DNA from: Eledone cirrhosa
Taxonomy: Eukaryota
NCBI GenBank assembly: GCA_964016885.1
Contig: OZ024743.1
Location: forward strand, 330,460,001-330,524,000
Reading direction: 5' to 3'
Length of the DNA stretch: 64,000 nt
Positions 15,001 through 27,376 of the stretch are shown here, in pieces. The position numbers were made by a program, and so were the translations under genes. Under the pieces are notes generated by a model. It saw only the letters and a program-made list of their open reading frames with translations. It ran no database searches and was not told the DNA's origin. How positions within the stretch are numbered: the stretch's first letter is position 1; each line of letters opens with the position of its first letter.

Positions 15001-15600
15001 TGAGAGAGTGTGTATGAGAGAGTGTGTATGAGAGAGTGTGTATGAGAGTGTGTGTATGAGAGTGTGTGTATGAGAGAGTGTGTATGAGAGAGTGTGTATG
15101 AGAGAGTGTGTATGAGAGAGTGTGTATGAGAGAGTGTGTATGAGAGAGTGTGTATGAGAGAGTGTGTATGAGAGTGTGTGTATGAGAGAGTGTGTATGAG
15201 AGAGTGTGTATGAGAGTGTGTGTATGAGAGTGTGTGTATGAGAGAGTGTGTATGAGAGGTGTGTATGAGAGAGTGTGTATGAGAGAGTGTGTATGAGAGA
15301 GTGTGTATGAGAGAGTGTGTATGGAGAGTGTGTATGAGAGTGTGTGTATGAGAGAGTGTGTATGAGAGAGTGTGTATGAGAGAGTGTGTATGAGAGAGTG
15401 TGTATGAGAGTGTGTGTATGAGAGTGTGTGTATGAGAGAGTGTGTATGAGAGAGTGTGTATGAGAGAGTGTGTGTATGAGAGAGTGTGTATGAGAGAGTG
15501 TGTGTATGAGAGAGTGTGTGTATGAGAGAGTGTGTATGAGAGTGTGTGTATGAGTGAGTGTGTATGAGAGAGTGTGTATGAGACAGTGTGTATGAGACAT
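1..15600. repeat. Large composite satellite, core unit TAT(GA)3-5(GT)2-4, typically TATGAGAGAGTGTG (14 bp); open at the window's left edge
   Basis: Continuous tandem array with C nearly absent on the + strand. The HTLS/YTLS ORFs in the track are translations of it. Confidence 0.98.
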
Positions 15601-15665
15601 ATGTCCCAAGGCTCTGATACCATCAACACTATAAACACAGAGCTGGCATATCTAAGACCTGACTA

Positions 15666-15721
15666 ACTGCCTGATGAGGTCATAGCGATTCAATGGCTAT
15701 CATCGAAATATATATAGCAGT
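15666..15721 (+). ncRNA. Minimal type I hammerhead ribozyme motif (Penelope-like type)
   Basis: Stem I ACTGC(15666-70)/GCAGT(15717-21); core CTGATGA 15671-77; stem II GGT-c-ATAGC...GCTAT-c-ATC; GAAA 15705-08; palindromic stem III ATATATAT; predicted cleavage after A15716. Confidence 0.75.
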
Positions 15722-15759
15722 AAATATAGGATTATGACTTCATGAAATGACTTATGTTT

Positions 15760-15883
15760 CGTCACTATATATATATATATATATACATACGTCACTATAT
15801 ATATATATATATATATATATACGTCACTATATATATATATATATATATATACGTCACTATATATATATATATATATATATACG

Positions 15884-15918
<35 letters not shown>

Positions 15919-15959
15919 GTCACTATATATATATATATACGTCACTATATATATATACG

Positions 15960-16002
<43 letters not shown>

Positions 16003-16003
16003 G

Positions 16004-16042
<39 letters not shown>

Positions 16043-16123
16043 GTCACTATATATATATATATATACGTCACTATATATATATATATATATACGTCACTAT
16101 ATATATTATATATATATATATAT
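15760..16123. repeat. Composite repeat [CGTCAC(TA)n] reiterated about 10 times
   Basis: CGTCAC spacers separate (TA)n tracts of variable length. The first copy is continuous with the unique sequence downstream of the HHR. Confidence 0.9.
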
Positions 16124-16149
16124 AACCACTCAGCCACACCCCTTCACTG

Positions 16150-16195
<46 letters not shown>

Positions 16196-16197
<2 letters not shown>

Positions 16198-16463
16198 CAA
16201 AGTAGATGTTGTAAGATACCAAGTGGACTATAACGCACCAGCGTACTCGATACTTAGAGTAGTAGATTGTGAAATAGGGGAGAGAGTCAGGACCCCGACG
16301 GCGGCGCTACGGCCGTTTCGACACCTAGAACCAAAATAAGCCGTCCTAATGAACGGCGTGAATTCAGCTAGATTCATGGCGTTCTACTACTGCTGACTTA
16401 GTTCGGATCTAGCTGTAGAAATGGCCGGAGTTCAGCCGTCGGAGTCCTGACTCTCTTCCCTAT
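16196..16463. mobile_element. Fold-back non-autonomous element, family A (second copy at 37144-37340), with decayed/partial HHR motifs
   Basis: Inverted arms AGAGAGTCAGGACCCCGACGGC / GCCGTCGGAGTCCTGACTCTCT. On the + strand: CTAATGA(16346-52) ACGGC...GCTGT A GAAA TGGC..GCCG TC(16439-40). (TA)n on both flanks. Confidence 0.7.
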
Positions 16464-16601
16464 ATATATGTGTGTGTATATATATATATATAATAAGTTT
16501 ATCCCGGGTTCAATCGGGGCTAGCCTCAGTAAGTAAGGTACTCAATACAAAGCAAAGTATATATATTTAATATAGAGAAGGCTTCTAACTAGAACTGTTT
16601 C

Positions 16602-16690
<89 letters not shown>

Positions 16691-17004
16691 TATGTGTGTG
16701 TGTAAAGGGTAAACAGAAATAACAACACAATCGGTACAGTATATGGAAGCGATATATTAGGTTAACGCTTGATATAGCAGGAAGAGGATCTTAACGTTTC
16801 CGACGCTAGTCCTTTATCAGAAGAAAGAATGAGAAATAAGATAGATTGAGGGGACGGGCGGGATGGAAATGGAAAAAATGTCTTTAGATAAAAAATAACA
16901 GCTCCATTCATGTTGACATTTCTTGATACACATAGGGTCTTCATGGAAATATCACTGCTACTTTCCATCGAAATAGGAATTAGAAAGAAAAGAACAGAAA
17001 TAGT

Positions 17005-17415
17005 GTAGCTCTTAGCTCTTAGTCTGGCTTGTTCCGCCGGAGACATAAATCAGCCAATCGTCTCCAACGCTGTCGGTCAACGGCAGCTCGTTGACATCCG
17101 TGCCAGGTGACGTTGACGGTTTGTAGGTCGCTTTGAAATGTCCACCAACAAGTCATCTTCGGTCGGCTTCTTTTCCGCTTGCTTTCAGAGGGAGTCAAAG
17201 TCACCACCGTTTTGGACAGGTGATGTTCTGGGAGGTGAAGAATATGACCCACAAAACGGAACCTGTGGTCCACAAGATCTCTTCGATCCTAACCCGATCT
17301 CGCAAGGCGACCTTTAGAATCTTACACAGGCACCTTTAATTGAAAATGTTTAGACGTCTATCCGTCTTGACACTGCATTTCCACGTTTCCCACGGGTAGA
17401 TGGCCGTGGGGAGTA
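17005..17415 (-). mobile_element. RTE-like LINE 3' fragment
   Basis: Translation RFVGHILHLPEHHLSKTVVTLTPSESKRKRSRPKMT...DRQRWR matches the typical RTE ORF C-terminus. Short repeated tail (AGCTAAG). Confidence 0.75.
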
Positions 17416-17697
17416 CAAATATTGTATTAGTTATACATTAGATAATTATTTAATGTTTAGAATAGGCGGGTTCAAAATGTTGAGTAGGCTCCGGAAGAAA
17501 ATACTACCGTATGCCAAACCCAATATATATTTTCTGTTATTTGTATTAGGTAGAAATGTGAGTTGTCGGTTGGCCAGGTAGAAATAGAATCTAAATCTCC
17601 CTCAAACCTGTTATTATCAAATAGAGCCGTAAACAAAGAGGTCCCTGACATATCTTTTGTGTTTTTATTCAAGCAGAGTCCATCCAGAGCCGATGAT

Positions 17698-18095
17698 TGG
17701 GTATTCAGCGCAGTACCTGGGTATTTAGCGTGGTGCCTGGGTATTTAGCGCAGTACCTGGGTATTTAGAGTGGTACCTGGGTATTTAGCGTAGTACCTGG
17801 GTATTTAGCGCAGTACCTGGGTATTTAGCGCAGTACCTGGGTATTCAGCGCAGTACCTGGGTATTCAGCGCAGTACCTGGGTATTTAGAGTGGTACCTGG
17901 GTATTTAGCGTGGTACCTGGGTATTTAGCGTGGTACCTGGATATTCAGCGCAGTACCTGGGTATTTAGCGCAGTACCTGGGTATTCAGCGCAGTACCTGG
18001 GTATTCAGCGCAGTACCTGGGTATTTAGTGCAGTACCTGGGTATTTATCGCAGTACCTGGGTATTTAGTGCAGTACCTGGGTATTTATCGCAGTA
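17698..18095. repeat. 20-bp minisatellite (CAGTACCTGGGTATTTAGCG) x~20
   Basis: Direct tandem repeat. Confidence 0.97.
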
Positions 18096-18169
18096 TATGC
18101 ATATTTAACACTTTATGCTACTTCTACATCGTGTGTTATATTCTCCCACATTCACCCAAATGTCAGAGT

Positions 18170-18320
18170 TGAAATGGCAGAGTCGTTAGAATGTCAGATA
18201 GAAAGCTTTACGGTGTTCCTTTCGGCTCTCTGAGCTGAAATCCCGCCGAGGTCAACTTTGCATTCCATCCATTCAAGTTCAGTAAAAAAAAGTGGCAGCC
18301 ATAAAATGGGTCGATTCTTC
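18170..18320 (+). mobile_element. Degenerate SINE family 1 copy
   Basis: AAATCCCGCCGAGGTCAACTTTGCATTCCATCC matches the other family 1 copies. Confidence 0.65.
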
Positions 18321-18746
18321 CTCAATATCTTTTTCTCACTTTCTTTCTGACTCTCTTTATCCTTTTCTGGAAGAAATCTGCTGTATTCAGACCTGGAGAG
18401 GAGTTGGGGTCTGCGAGGTTTAAAACAACCATAGAAAGGCCGTATGTAAACCCTAAAACTCCCTCAACAGTTATGAGATCAGGCATACATACTCTCACCA
18501 CACTTAGAATATTGTTACATCAGCATTTTCCATTACACAATCCACACTCACCCACACCAAATCATGTGACACGTTATAAGACCATATGGCCCTCTCTCCT
18601 ACTTTTGATATTTCCTCAATGCTGCTATGTGACGAAGATGTTTACTGTTGTATTTATTGAGCGTAGAAAATTAGTAAATATTTTATTTAATTATACAAAC
18701 TTGTATAAAATTGCAAACCTGCCAACCTCTAAAACCTGGTTTAAGC

Positions 18747-18909
18747 AGACCTGCCAACCTCTAAAAACCCAAACGGGTAGTACCATGAAAATATATGCCC
18801 CAAAACGGGGAGATTGCGTAATGAGATTGTATGATTACATAATGAAAGCAATACCCATTTTCCCAAGGGAAGACATCTCTCACCCGGACGGGGAGATTTG
18901 ACAAGTCTG
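18747..18909. mobile_element. Possible hAT-like MITE remnant
   Basis: Imperfect terminal inverted repeats CAGACCTGCCAA / TTGACAAGTCTG. No clear TSD. Confidence 0.35.
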
Positions 18910-19063
18910 TTTAATGTACAGTAATGCGCTTCTCCGAGGTCTGGTCTTAGAGAGCCGATCCTTGGCCTCAGTGGTTGCACCAGAACTTCGTATTATACTA
19001 CAACCAACACTCACAATCGGGAACGACTTGATAGTATGTACCATGCTTTCGGTAATGACCGCA

Positions 19064-19412
19064 GACTCTCGGCCCTCAAATAATGCGACCCCACCGCCAC
19101 CACCACCACCAACACCACACACACTTATTAAATTTTGATAATCAATCTCAGGCGAAATTCTATTTTAAGTGGTAGCATTCCTGTCACAATTAATTTTCTT
19201 TATACATTAAAAAAAACATTCATGGAATAAAACGTATATTACTAGAAATCCCATATGTTACAAGATTAATAGGATCGGTTGGAGTCTCAATATTTAAGCT
19301 AAACGACTAATTCTAGTTTTTAAAAAAATCATCGGAGACAACCTAGAAAAATTACCGATTTTCCACCCACCCCTACTTATTCCAACTCCCCCATTACTTG
19401 GGACCTGAGAGT
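19064..19412. mobile_element. Dispersed MITE-like repeat; reverse-complement homolog at ~35915-36050
   Basis: Ends ACTCTCGGCCCTCAAATAAT / ATTACTTGGGACCTGAGAGTA form an imperfect TIR. The interior matches 35915-36050 on the opposite strand. Confidence 0.5.
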
Positions 19413-19729
19413 ATATCTAAGACTATATTTTCAAATGTGTTTTTTAACGGTAGAGTGTGAATTGAAAAAAAAAAGGATTCTATTTCTAGTAATTCTATCG
19501 ATCGTTTAAGGCTCTCTCATCGATGAAGATACTGCAATTACCTTAATAGAAATACTATTTTCTCTGCCTTTCTCTCTAGTTTTGAAATTGTTGTTGTATT
19601 TCGCTATGATATTGAGGTATATCATTGCACAATTGCATAATGCGGAAATTGTATCTGTACTTTTGTAGGTCACACATTCTATGTACATGTGGTCGAAGTA
19701 TATATATATGTATGTATGTATGGATGTGC

Positions 19730-19828
<99 letters not shown>

Positions 19829-19939
19829 TGTGTGTATATCTGTATGTGTGCGTAAGTTATTGTACGACCTTCATCTTGAATCTAGGTTATTTTTAATGTC
19901 ACTCATTTTGTGTTTGCTGTCAAAGACAAGCATATGTAT

Positions 19940-20004
<65 letters not shown>

Positions 20005-20019
20005 AATATATGTATGTAT

Positions 20020-20053
<34 letters not shown>

Positions 20054-20288
20054 ACGCGTGCGTGTGTGTATGTGTGTATGTATGTATGTATGCATGTATG
20101 TAGAATAATATATATATTTATACTCTGCCGCTGAACTTAATGTTCATCAAGCTTACTGTGTATATTTTTTTTATTAAATATATATTTTTGATTAAACCAA
20201 TTTGAGGAGTAGCCATATAGGGACTTGTTTTGGCTGCTACCTTTAGCACTATTTATGACCAGTCCTGTTAAATACCTACCCTTCTCCG

Positions 20289-20412
20289 TTCTCTCTTTGT
20301 ATTTTCCGTAATTACTTTTATTGAGTAACTAATTAAGCAATCCGAACCTGATGATATCACCAGGGTTTTATGTAACTAGGCCATTGAGATTTATATAGTG
20401 TTTTTGCAACAT
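20289..20412 (+). mobile_element. Dispersed repeat family B (second copy ~24629-24815) with a decayed HHR-like core
   Basis: Shared GTAATTACTTTTAT..GAGTAACTAATT..GCAATCCGAACCTGATGA..CCAGGGTTTTATGTAACTAGGCCAT. Confidence 0.6.
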
Positions 20413-20760
20413 TCTTGGGCACTAAGGGCTTTTATTTTGGACATCTTGCTGGTACAGATTGGTAGTTTAGTGTAGAATATGAGATTTATAAAGGGAAGAC
20501 CGTAACTTCACTGAACATAGATTTCCCCTTGGTATTGACGATGTTTATTACAAACATCGATAATTGGTGATTGATACCAATAATTAAGATCGATTGTAAT
20601 CCTTATATTCTGGGTTTCCAAGACACGGCCGTCTGAGATTTTGTAATTTAAGGGAGCACATTCATTATTTGTTGTTCAATATACGTACATAATTCTAGTT
20701 TTTTTTTCTCAAATTGATATATGAAAAAGAATTTTTGATATGTCCTTTAAATTGGTATAC

Positions 20761-20880
<120 letters not shown>

Positions 20881-21173
20881 CTGTGTATGTCAGCATGCTT
20901 AATGTAGGTCATCTAAACTAATATCAGTCTTAGTCGTTCGTTGTTGAACATAATTTCCCCCTTCCGTCAAAATTGTCGTTTAGTTCTGTTTGACACAATG
21001 AAGCTGACTCATGATCAAATCGTTCCATTTATGACCCTCTCCATTGAGAATTATTTTCACAATCTGTCTAAATTACTGATTAGTCCTCGTCAGTACTGAT
21101 AAAGTCGAACTATACTAAAAGACATCCCAGCTGTGACTATCTCGTGTTTTATTCACATTATCCAATTAGCCTT

Positions 21174-21362
21174 GGTGGTGGATTGGCAGTATCGGTAGAG
21201 GGTCGGGCGCCATGCTTTGCAGCATAGTTACGTCCCTTTACGGACTGAGTTCAAATCCCGCCGAGGTTAACTTTGCCTTTCATCCTTACAGGGTCAATAA
21301 AATAAAGTACCAGTAATACACTGGAATAATTGCTGGCCTTGTGCCAAAAGTAGAAACAATTA
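21174..21362 (+). mobile_element. tRNA-derived SINE family 1, full copy
   Basis: GGTGGATTGGCAG..GAGTTCAAATCCCGCCGAGGTTAACTTTGCCTTTCATCC..GATAAAATAAAGTACCAG..TGCTGGCCTTGTGCC consensus, with B-box GTTCAAATCC. About 12 copies in the window. From memory the central block resembles the MetaSINE domain (not verified). Confidence 0.85.
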
Positions 21363-21480
21363 TCAAATTAGCCTTCCTTATTTTTAAGACGGGATTTGAG
21401 AGCGATTAGACTTCTATTTCTAGCTTCTACACAGAGACTTACTCATTGCTTCAGCTGTCGAAGTTTATCGTGTATTCGAA

Positions 21481-21551
21481 CAATGTAGTGACCCATACAA
21501 TGTAGTGACCCATACAATGTAGTGACCCATACAATGTAGTGACCCATACAA
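21481..21551. repeat. 17-bp tandem repeat CAATGTAGTGACCCATA x4
   Basis: Direct tandem repeat. Confidence 0.9.
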
Positions 21552-21857
21552 CATTTAAATATGGTTCACCCATTCACTTCCTTTCCTCAAATATTACAAC
21601 ATTTAAATTAACTCACCCACTCATTTCGTTTCCTCTGACATAACTACAATAAAGAGACCCCCCCCCCCCCCAACTATCCCCGCTCAATTTGTTTCTGCAT
21701 GAGAAGTTAATAAGTTAATGCACATTTTTAAAGGAAATTTTGCAAAGATTTGGTTTCGAAGATGTAAATGAGATGATATTGATGAAATTAAAGACTAAAG
21801 TTCTTATTTTTTATTTATTTATCATTTATTTATTATCTCCGGAAAGAAAATAATTCC

Positions 21858-22353
21858 CAAAAGCTAAACTTGGTATCTTCAATTTGTTATTCGTGCCAAC
21901 CCTTATCTATGGTCATGAATCTTGGGTAATGACCGTAAGAATACGACCGCGAATATAAGCGACCGAAATGGGGTTTCTTCAAAGGGTCTTTGGAGTAACA
22001 TTACTTGATAGAGTGGGTAGCTCGGAGATCAGAGAGTCGTTCCGGGTAGAGCCGCTAGTTTTCCATATTGAAAGTTCACAGATCAGATACTATGGTCATG
22101 TAATTAGAATGTCTCAGGAAAGAATCGCTGGACAGATTTTACGGGCAAAAACCAACCGACAGGAGATCCAGGACTGGACCTCGAACAAGATGGTTGGACA
22201 ATATCAATGAGCGTGGCTGGTCTCGCCTGGAGATCTAGCCGGATCAGTTAGAAACGGTTGCTTCTGACAGGACCCGCTGGAAGGAGTGTTTGAGGACTGT
22301 TCCCACGTCGAGAAGAAGAAGAAGAAGAAGAAGAAGAAGAAGAAGAAGAAGAA
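21858..22353 (+). mobile_element. RTE-clade LINE 3' fragment with (GAA)n tail
   Basis: VPTLIYGHESW...MGFLQRVFGVTLLDRV...RYYGHVIRM, followed by (GAA)n at 22311-22353. Confidence 0.85.
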
Positions 22354-23039
22354 GGGATTTGAGAGAGATTAGACTTCTATTTCTAGCTGTTACGTTGAGA
22401 CTTACTCATTGGTTCAGCAGTCAAAATATATTGGTTATACCTACAATTTAGTGACCAACCCACTCACTTTGTTTCCTCAAATATAACAACATTTCAATGT
22501 CTCACCCACTCATTTTGTTTAATCGAGCATGACAACATTTGAGTGGCTCACTCAGTCACTTTCTTTCCTCAAATATAACAACATTTGATTGGCTCACCCA
22601 CTCAATATGTTTCCTTAATCCTAACTACATATAAATAATTCACCCGCGACATTTGTTTGTGCATTATATTTTAGTGCGCATTTTTAAAGGATATTTATGA
22701 AATCGCATTAATGAAATTAAAAAGTAAAATTTTTATTGTATTTATTTATTTATTTATTTATTTATTATCTCCGGAAATAAAATTATTCCGTGTCTCTTTA
22801 ACCTTACAATAATTTACTCTAGATCGTTGTACCACGTAGATGTTAATTTGAAATTGTTTTCATCGTGTCTTCCAAATATTAATCAGGATAATGTCATAAT
22901 ATTTAACAGGAACGTAATGTCATTTCTACCCCAGGAATTACGATGGGGTGGATATTTTGTATACTATTTGATGAACATGATCTTAATCTACACCCTCGGA
23001 AAGGTATCCCTACAAAATTTCTTGAAAAGAAAAAAGGTT

Positions 23040-23312
23040 ATCAGGGTGGTTGATTAGAATCTTTAGAACGTCAAGAAAAATACTTTTACGTTCTGAAGTC
23101 GAACCCGGTTGAGGGGAACTTTGCCTTTCATTCTTATGGGATCAATAATATAAGGTGTCTGTGAGGTGATGGAGTCGATATAATCGACTTTCCCCTACGC
23201 AGAAATTGATGGCTTTGTACCTAAATTAGAAATCATCCTTACGGGGTCGATAAAATAAAGTACCAGTAATGTACTGATAATTGCTGGCCTTGTGCCTAAA
23301 ATAGAAACAATT
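23040..23312 (+). mobile_element. Two adjacent SINE family 1 copies (one degenerate, one 3' fragment)
   Basis: CTTTGCCTTTCATTC.. and GGGGTCGATAAAATAAAGTACCAG..TGCTGGCCTTGTGCC. Confidence 0.7.
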
Positions 23313-23684
23313 ATATATGTTATGAGGAAACAAAGCTGGGATGGCTGTGCTTTAAACTGCAGTTACCTCGAATATCTCGCCAGTGGTTTTGGCTGAATTA
23401 AAATCATCATATTAACCTATGTGGTCAGATGACGGAGTTATATACAAGAAGACCTCAACTAGACATTGTCTCATTACTAAAACGTAATCTCAATTCTAGA
23501 ACTATGAATTGTGAAAAAGAAATGTATATAAAAAATGAAATTTATCGTAGATATATTTGTAATGTATACAACAGGAAACATATTTCTGTGAGATTTTATA
23601 TTAAAAAATATACATTATTATGAACACTTCTAGCTACAAACTTAAATATCTTTTGGTAAAAAAGGAACGCTATCAGTGGCCAGC

Positions 23685-23755
23685 GGCTCTTTACCATAGT
23701 GGTTAAGGCACTCTCCAGGCATCCGAGTGATGCGGGGATCGATTCTTCGCAGCCA
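23685..23755 (+). pseudogene. tRNA-like sequence (SINE head or tRNA pseudogene)
   Basis: A-box-like TAGTGGTTAAGG, B-box-like GATCGATTC, partial acceptor GGCT/AGCC. The cloverleaf is imperfect. Confidence 0.5.
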
Positions 23756-24382
23756 CCTCTGTCCACTATTTTTCTATCTTAAATGGTATTTACGCAATTT
23801 TATCAACTATTATTTGTACTGGTCGAATAGTATTATGTTCATTTGCGTTAGGACGCACACATTTCAAGTAACTATAAACGTTATGAGGAAACAATGTTGG
23901 TAGAGGTGTGCTATAAACAGTAGTCAAGCCGTGTATTACAAGAGTGGCCTTGACAAAGATATTATCATAAAGTCACTGTATCTAGTCAGCTGACGAGGAA
24001 AATATACACAATAGGAAGACTACAGTATCTAGACACGGCCGCTCACAGATTTTCAGGAAATGCAAATTGTTGGCAGCGGGGAAGTGAAATCAATACATAA
24101 GAGGGAGAGAGAAAAATTAGAGAAGATAATGTGACAGTTGTATAGATGTTGATGTTGCACAATGGTTGGCGAAATATATGGTTATAGCGAGCAGGCATTG
24201 ACCAAGAAATAGTATAGGAGAGAAACCGTGTAAATTGATTAATAGGACATGTCACAGGCAGAGAAATATATCAGTTAAAGACACTGAATAACTATAAAAA
24301 TAGTCAGACCCGGCGGGGATGGGACAACAATAACAACAACCACATCATCGGAAATAAACAAATAAATAAATAAATAATAACT

Positions 24383-24590
24383 GTTTCTACATTTGACACA
24401 AGGCCAGCAATATCAGGGATGGGGTGAAAGCCGATTAAATCGACCCGCAGTGTGTTATATGCACTTTATTTTATCGAGCACGGATGGATGAAAATCAAAA
24501 TTGACCCGGGGGAGAATTGTAAAGCCCCGTCACTTCATGCTGCAAAGGATGGCGTCCGACACTCTACCGATTCTCTTCAATCCACCACCG
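24383..24590 (-). mobile_element. SINE family 1 copy
   Basis: Reverse complement of the family consensus (ACAAGGCCAGCAAT..CTTTATTTTATCGA..CAATCCACC). Confidence 0.75.
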
Positions 24591-24847
24591 TTGTTATGGT
24601 TTCTGATATATATATATATATATATATCTTCGGAGATGGCCTGCCGCAACAATAACACCAAATTCCCAGGCCATCTCCGAATCAAATATATTTTCTGTTC
24701 TCTGTTTGTATTTGCTGTAATTACTTTTATAGAGTAACTAATTATGCAATCCGAACCTGATGATGTCGCCAGGGTTTTATGTAACTAGGCCATATGTAGT
24801 GTGTTTGCAACATTAAAACTTTCTTTTAATTATATATATAATGTATA

Positions 24848-24973
24848 CAGAAGGGCTGTAAAAGTAAGTATACAGTAATATGTTTATTATCGATATGTCT
24901 GTAAGATCAATAAAGTATGTTTTGTGCGCACGTTTTGTTTTTGTTACTGAATATCTACTTTTGCAGCCCCTTG
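24848..24973. mobile_element. Tc1/mariner-type MITE (~126 bp)
   Basis: TIRs CAGAAGGGCTGTAAAAGTAAGTATACAGTA / TACTGAATATCTACTTTTGCAGCCCCTTG, flanked by TA. Confidence 0.7.
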
Positions 24974-25132
24974 TATAGATATATAAGATGGCAGCATAGA
25001 CATCAATTTAATTGATGTCTATTCTGCTTTACACAAGTGTCCAATTTACTGAAAAGACGAAAAAATATAGAGGATAGCAAAACATAAAATTGTGTATATA
25101 ATCAGGAGTATCATACACACACACACACGTAC

Positions 25133-25179
<47 letters not shown>

Positions 25180-25232
25180 ATAAATGAAACAAAACGAAAA
25201 ACAGGAAATAAAATTAGTTATATTAGGTTCAT

Positions 25233-25373
<141 letters not shown>

Positions 25374-25385
25374 CATAGAGAGAGC

Positions 25386-25416
<31 letters not shown>

Positions 25417-25749
25417 GAGGATTGTTTGATAGATGCAGTAACAAATTTACATTAACAAAATAAACCCAGATAAACAATTTAGTTTCGGTGAAATCAGACA
25501 TAAAATGGTGGTCATTACAGTTGACAGAAGTTATGAGGGAGTATCACGTGACTATGGATACCAACGCATCGTTGAAACTATATAACACAGAATAATGTAT
25601 ATTTTTGTGATTGGTACATGGGGCACAGATATATTTTGTGTGCGTTTGTGTTAGTATAACCGATAGAATCGATACTACAGTTTGATTGGTACTTGTAACT
25701 TTATTGATCCCTCCCGAAGGAATACAAGAAGATGAATAATAATAATAAT

Positions 25750-25965
25750 GATTTCTACTATAGGCACAAGGCCAGCAACTTGGGGAGGAAGGAAAGTCGG
25801 TTAAGTCAACCCAGTGCATTACTGGTACTTTATTTTATCGACCCCGTAAGGATGAAAAGCAAGGCTAACATCGGCGGGATTTGAACTCAAAACGCAAAGG
25901 GCCGTAACTCTATGCTGTAAAGCAGGGTTTTCGGCGCTCTACTGATCCAGCCATTCCACTGCCCA
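25750..25965 (-). mobile_element. SINE family 1 copy
   Basis: GGCACAAGGCCAGCAA..CTGGTACTTTATTTTATCGACCCCGTAAGGATGAAA..GGGATTTGAACTC. Confidence 0.8.
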
Positions 25966-26313
25966 CAACAATAATAATAGTAATGATGATGATGTCGATG
26001 ATGATGATGATAATAAATAATTACCACGATCCCTCTTAGTGTTGTTATTTTAAATAGTAAATTATATAGAGCTCACATACACACACACGAACACACATAC
26101 ACGCGCCCACATACACAAACACACGCACACACACACACACATACATACACAAAACATACGCAAATACAACTCCCCTTACAGACAGACACACAATCCTACA
26201 AACACACACACACACACACACACATATATATGATCTTTATTCATTTTGGAGATGGCTGACTATCAACGATACGTACTTTCTCCTATTTCCTCAAAGACGT
26301 TTCTTATATATAA

Positions 26314-26373
<60 letters not shown>

Positions 26374-26951
26374 TGCTTCTCGTTCCAAATTATTCCAATT
26401 TTTTTTACCATACAGTGTCAATAAACGAATTAGATCTTTGTTTCTTCCGACATTTTAAGACAACACATCCTTGTGATGTAGTTAAATCGTTGGGAGAAAG
26501 ACAAAAAATGAAAATAATAATAATAAAAATAATATAAAAGAAAGAACAATTGTGTATTTCTTCCAAAAGCAAGACAGGATCAACAGAAATTTCTAAATCT
26601 AATAACACATTCTGTCATCTTCTTCGCCGCTTCATATTCTATATAATCGAAAACTGCGTTCTTGATTGATAATATTTTTTTGTTTTATCTATCTATATGT
26701 GTAAAGTGTAAATTTAGGAAAGATAGGGCTGTCTTACTTCCATTTACAATGTCAGATAAACCTGGAAGGTTTAAGTTAAAAATAATTTGTTTTTTAATGT
26801 TGCAAGTAATACATTTAAAACGCCATTTTCTGTTGCATAAGAAGTGTTAAAAATATTAAACTAAAATAATTACTGCGATCCTCTTAGTTTTGTTATTTTA
26901 TCTTGTATAGGTTGTTTTAAATGGTAAATTCTAGAGCATATACACACATAC

Positions 26952-27008
<57 letters not shown>

Positions 27009-27328
27009 CATACATACACACACATACAACCCCCTTTCACAGACGGACATACAGCTCTACACACACGTATCTGAGGACATATATACACACACACGCGCAC
27101 ACATACACACACATACACAAACATACAAAACACACATATACACATATGCAACCCCCTTCACAGACATACAACCCTACGCATACACAGCCGAACACACTCA
27201 CGCACACACACATACATACACACACAACCGAACACACACACACATACAACCCTACACAAGCAGCAGAACAAATAAAAATACACACAGCCGAAAACACATA
27301 CGCACACGCACACAACGGAGCCTCTCCT

Positions 27329-27376
<48 letters not shown>

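Noticed and set aside
1-15600. Telomeric repeat
   Set aside because: Not TTAGGG-like, unit is variable, and the G-rich strand points into the unique sequence rather than towards the open end.
15610-15622. GGCTCTGATACCA, the reverse complement of the tRNAi-Met primer-binding site TGGTATCAGAGCC
   Set aside because: This is the plant-type PBS. There is no adjacent LTR ending in CA and no internal retroelement sequence; likely chance.
2387-15638. Long His/Thr/Leu/Ser ORFs (up to 545 aa)
   Set aside because: They are translations of the satellite; the lack of stop codons is compositional.
17698-18095. CRISPR-like array (also considered for 15760-16123 and 42735-43660)
   Set aside because: No unique spacers, no cas genes, eukaryotic context.
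18388-18943. Larger DNA transposon bounded by CAGACCTGGAGA / TCTCCGAGGTCTG; 165-aa ORF
   Set aside because: No TSD, and the ORF has no transposase motif.
23685-23755. Functional tRNA gene
   Set aside because: Acceptor, anticodon and T stems are imperfect; better explained as a SINE head or pseudogene.
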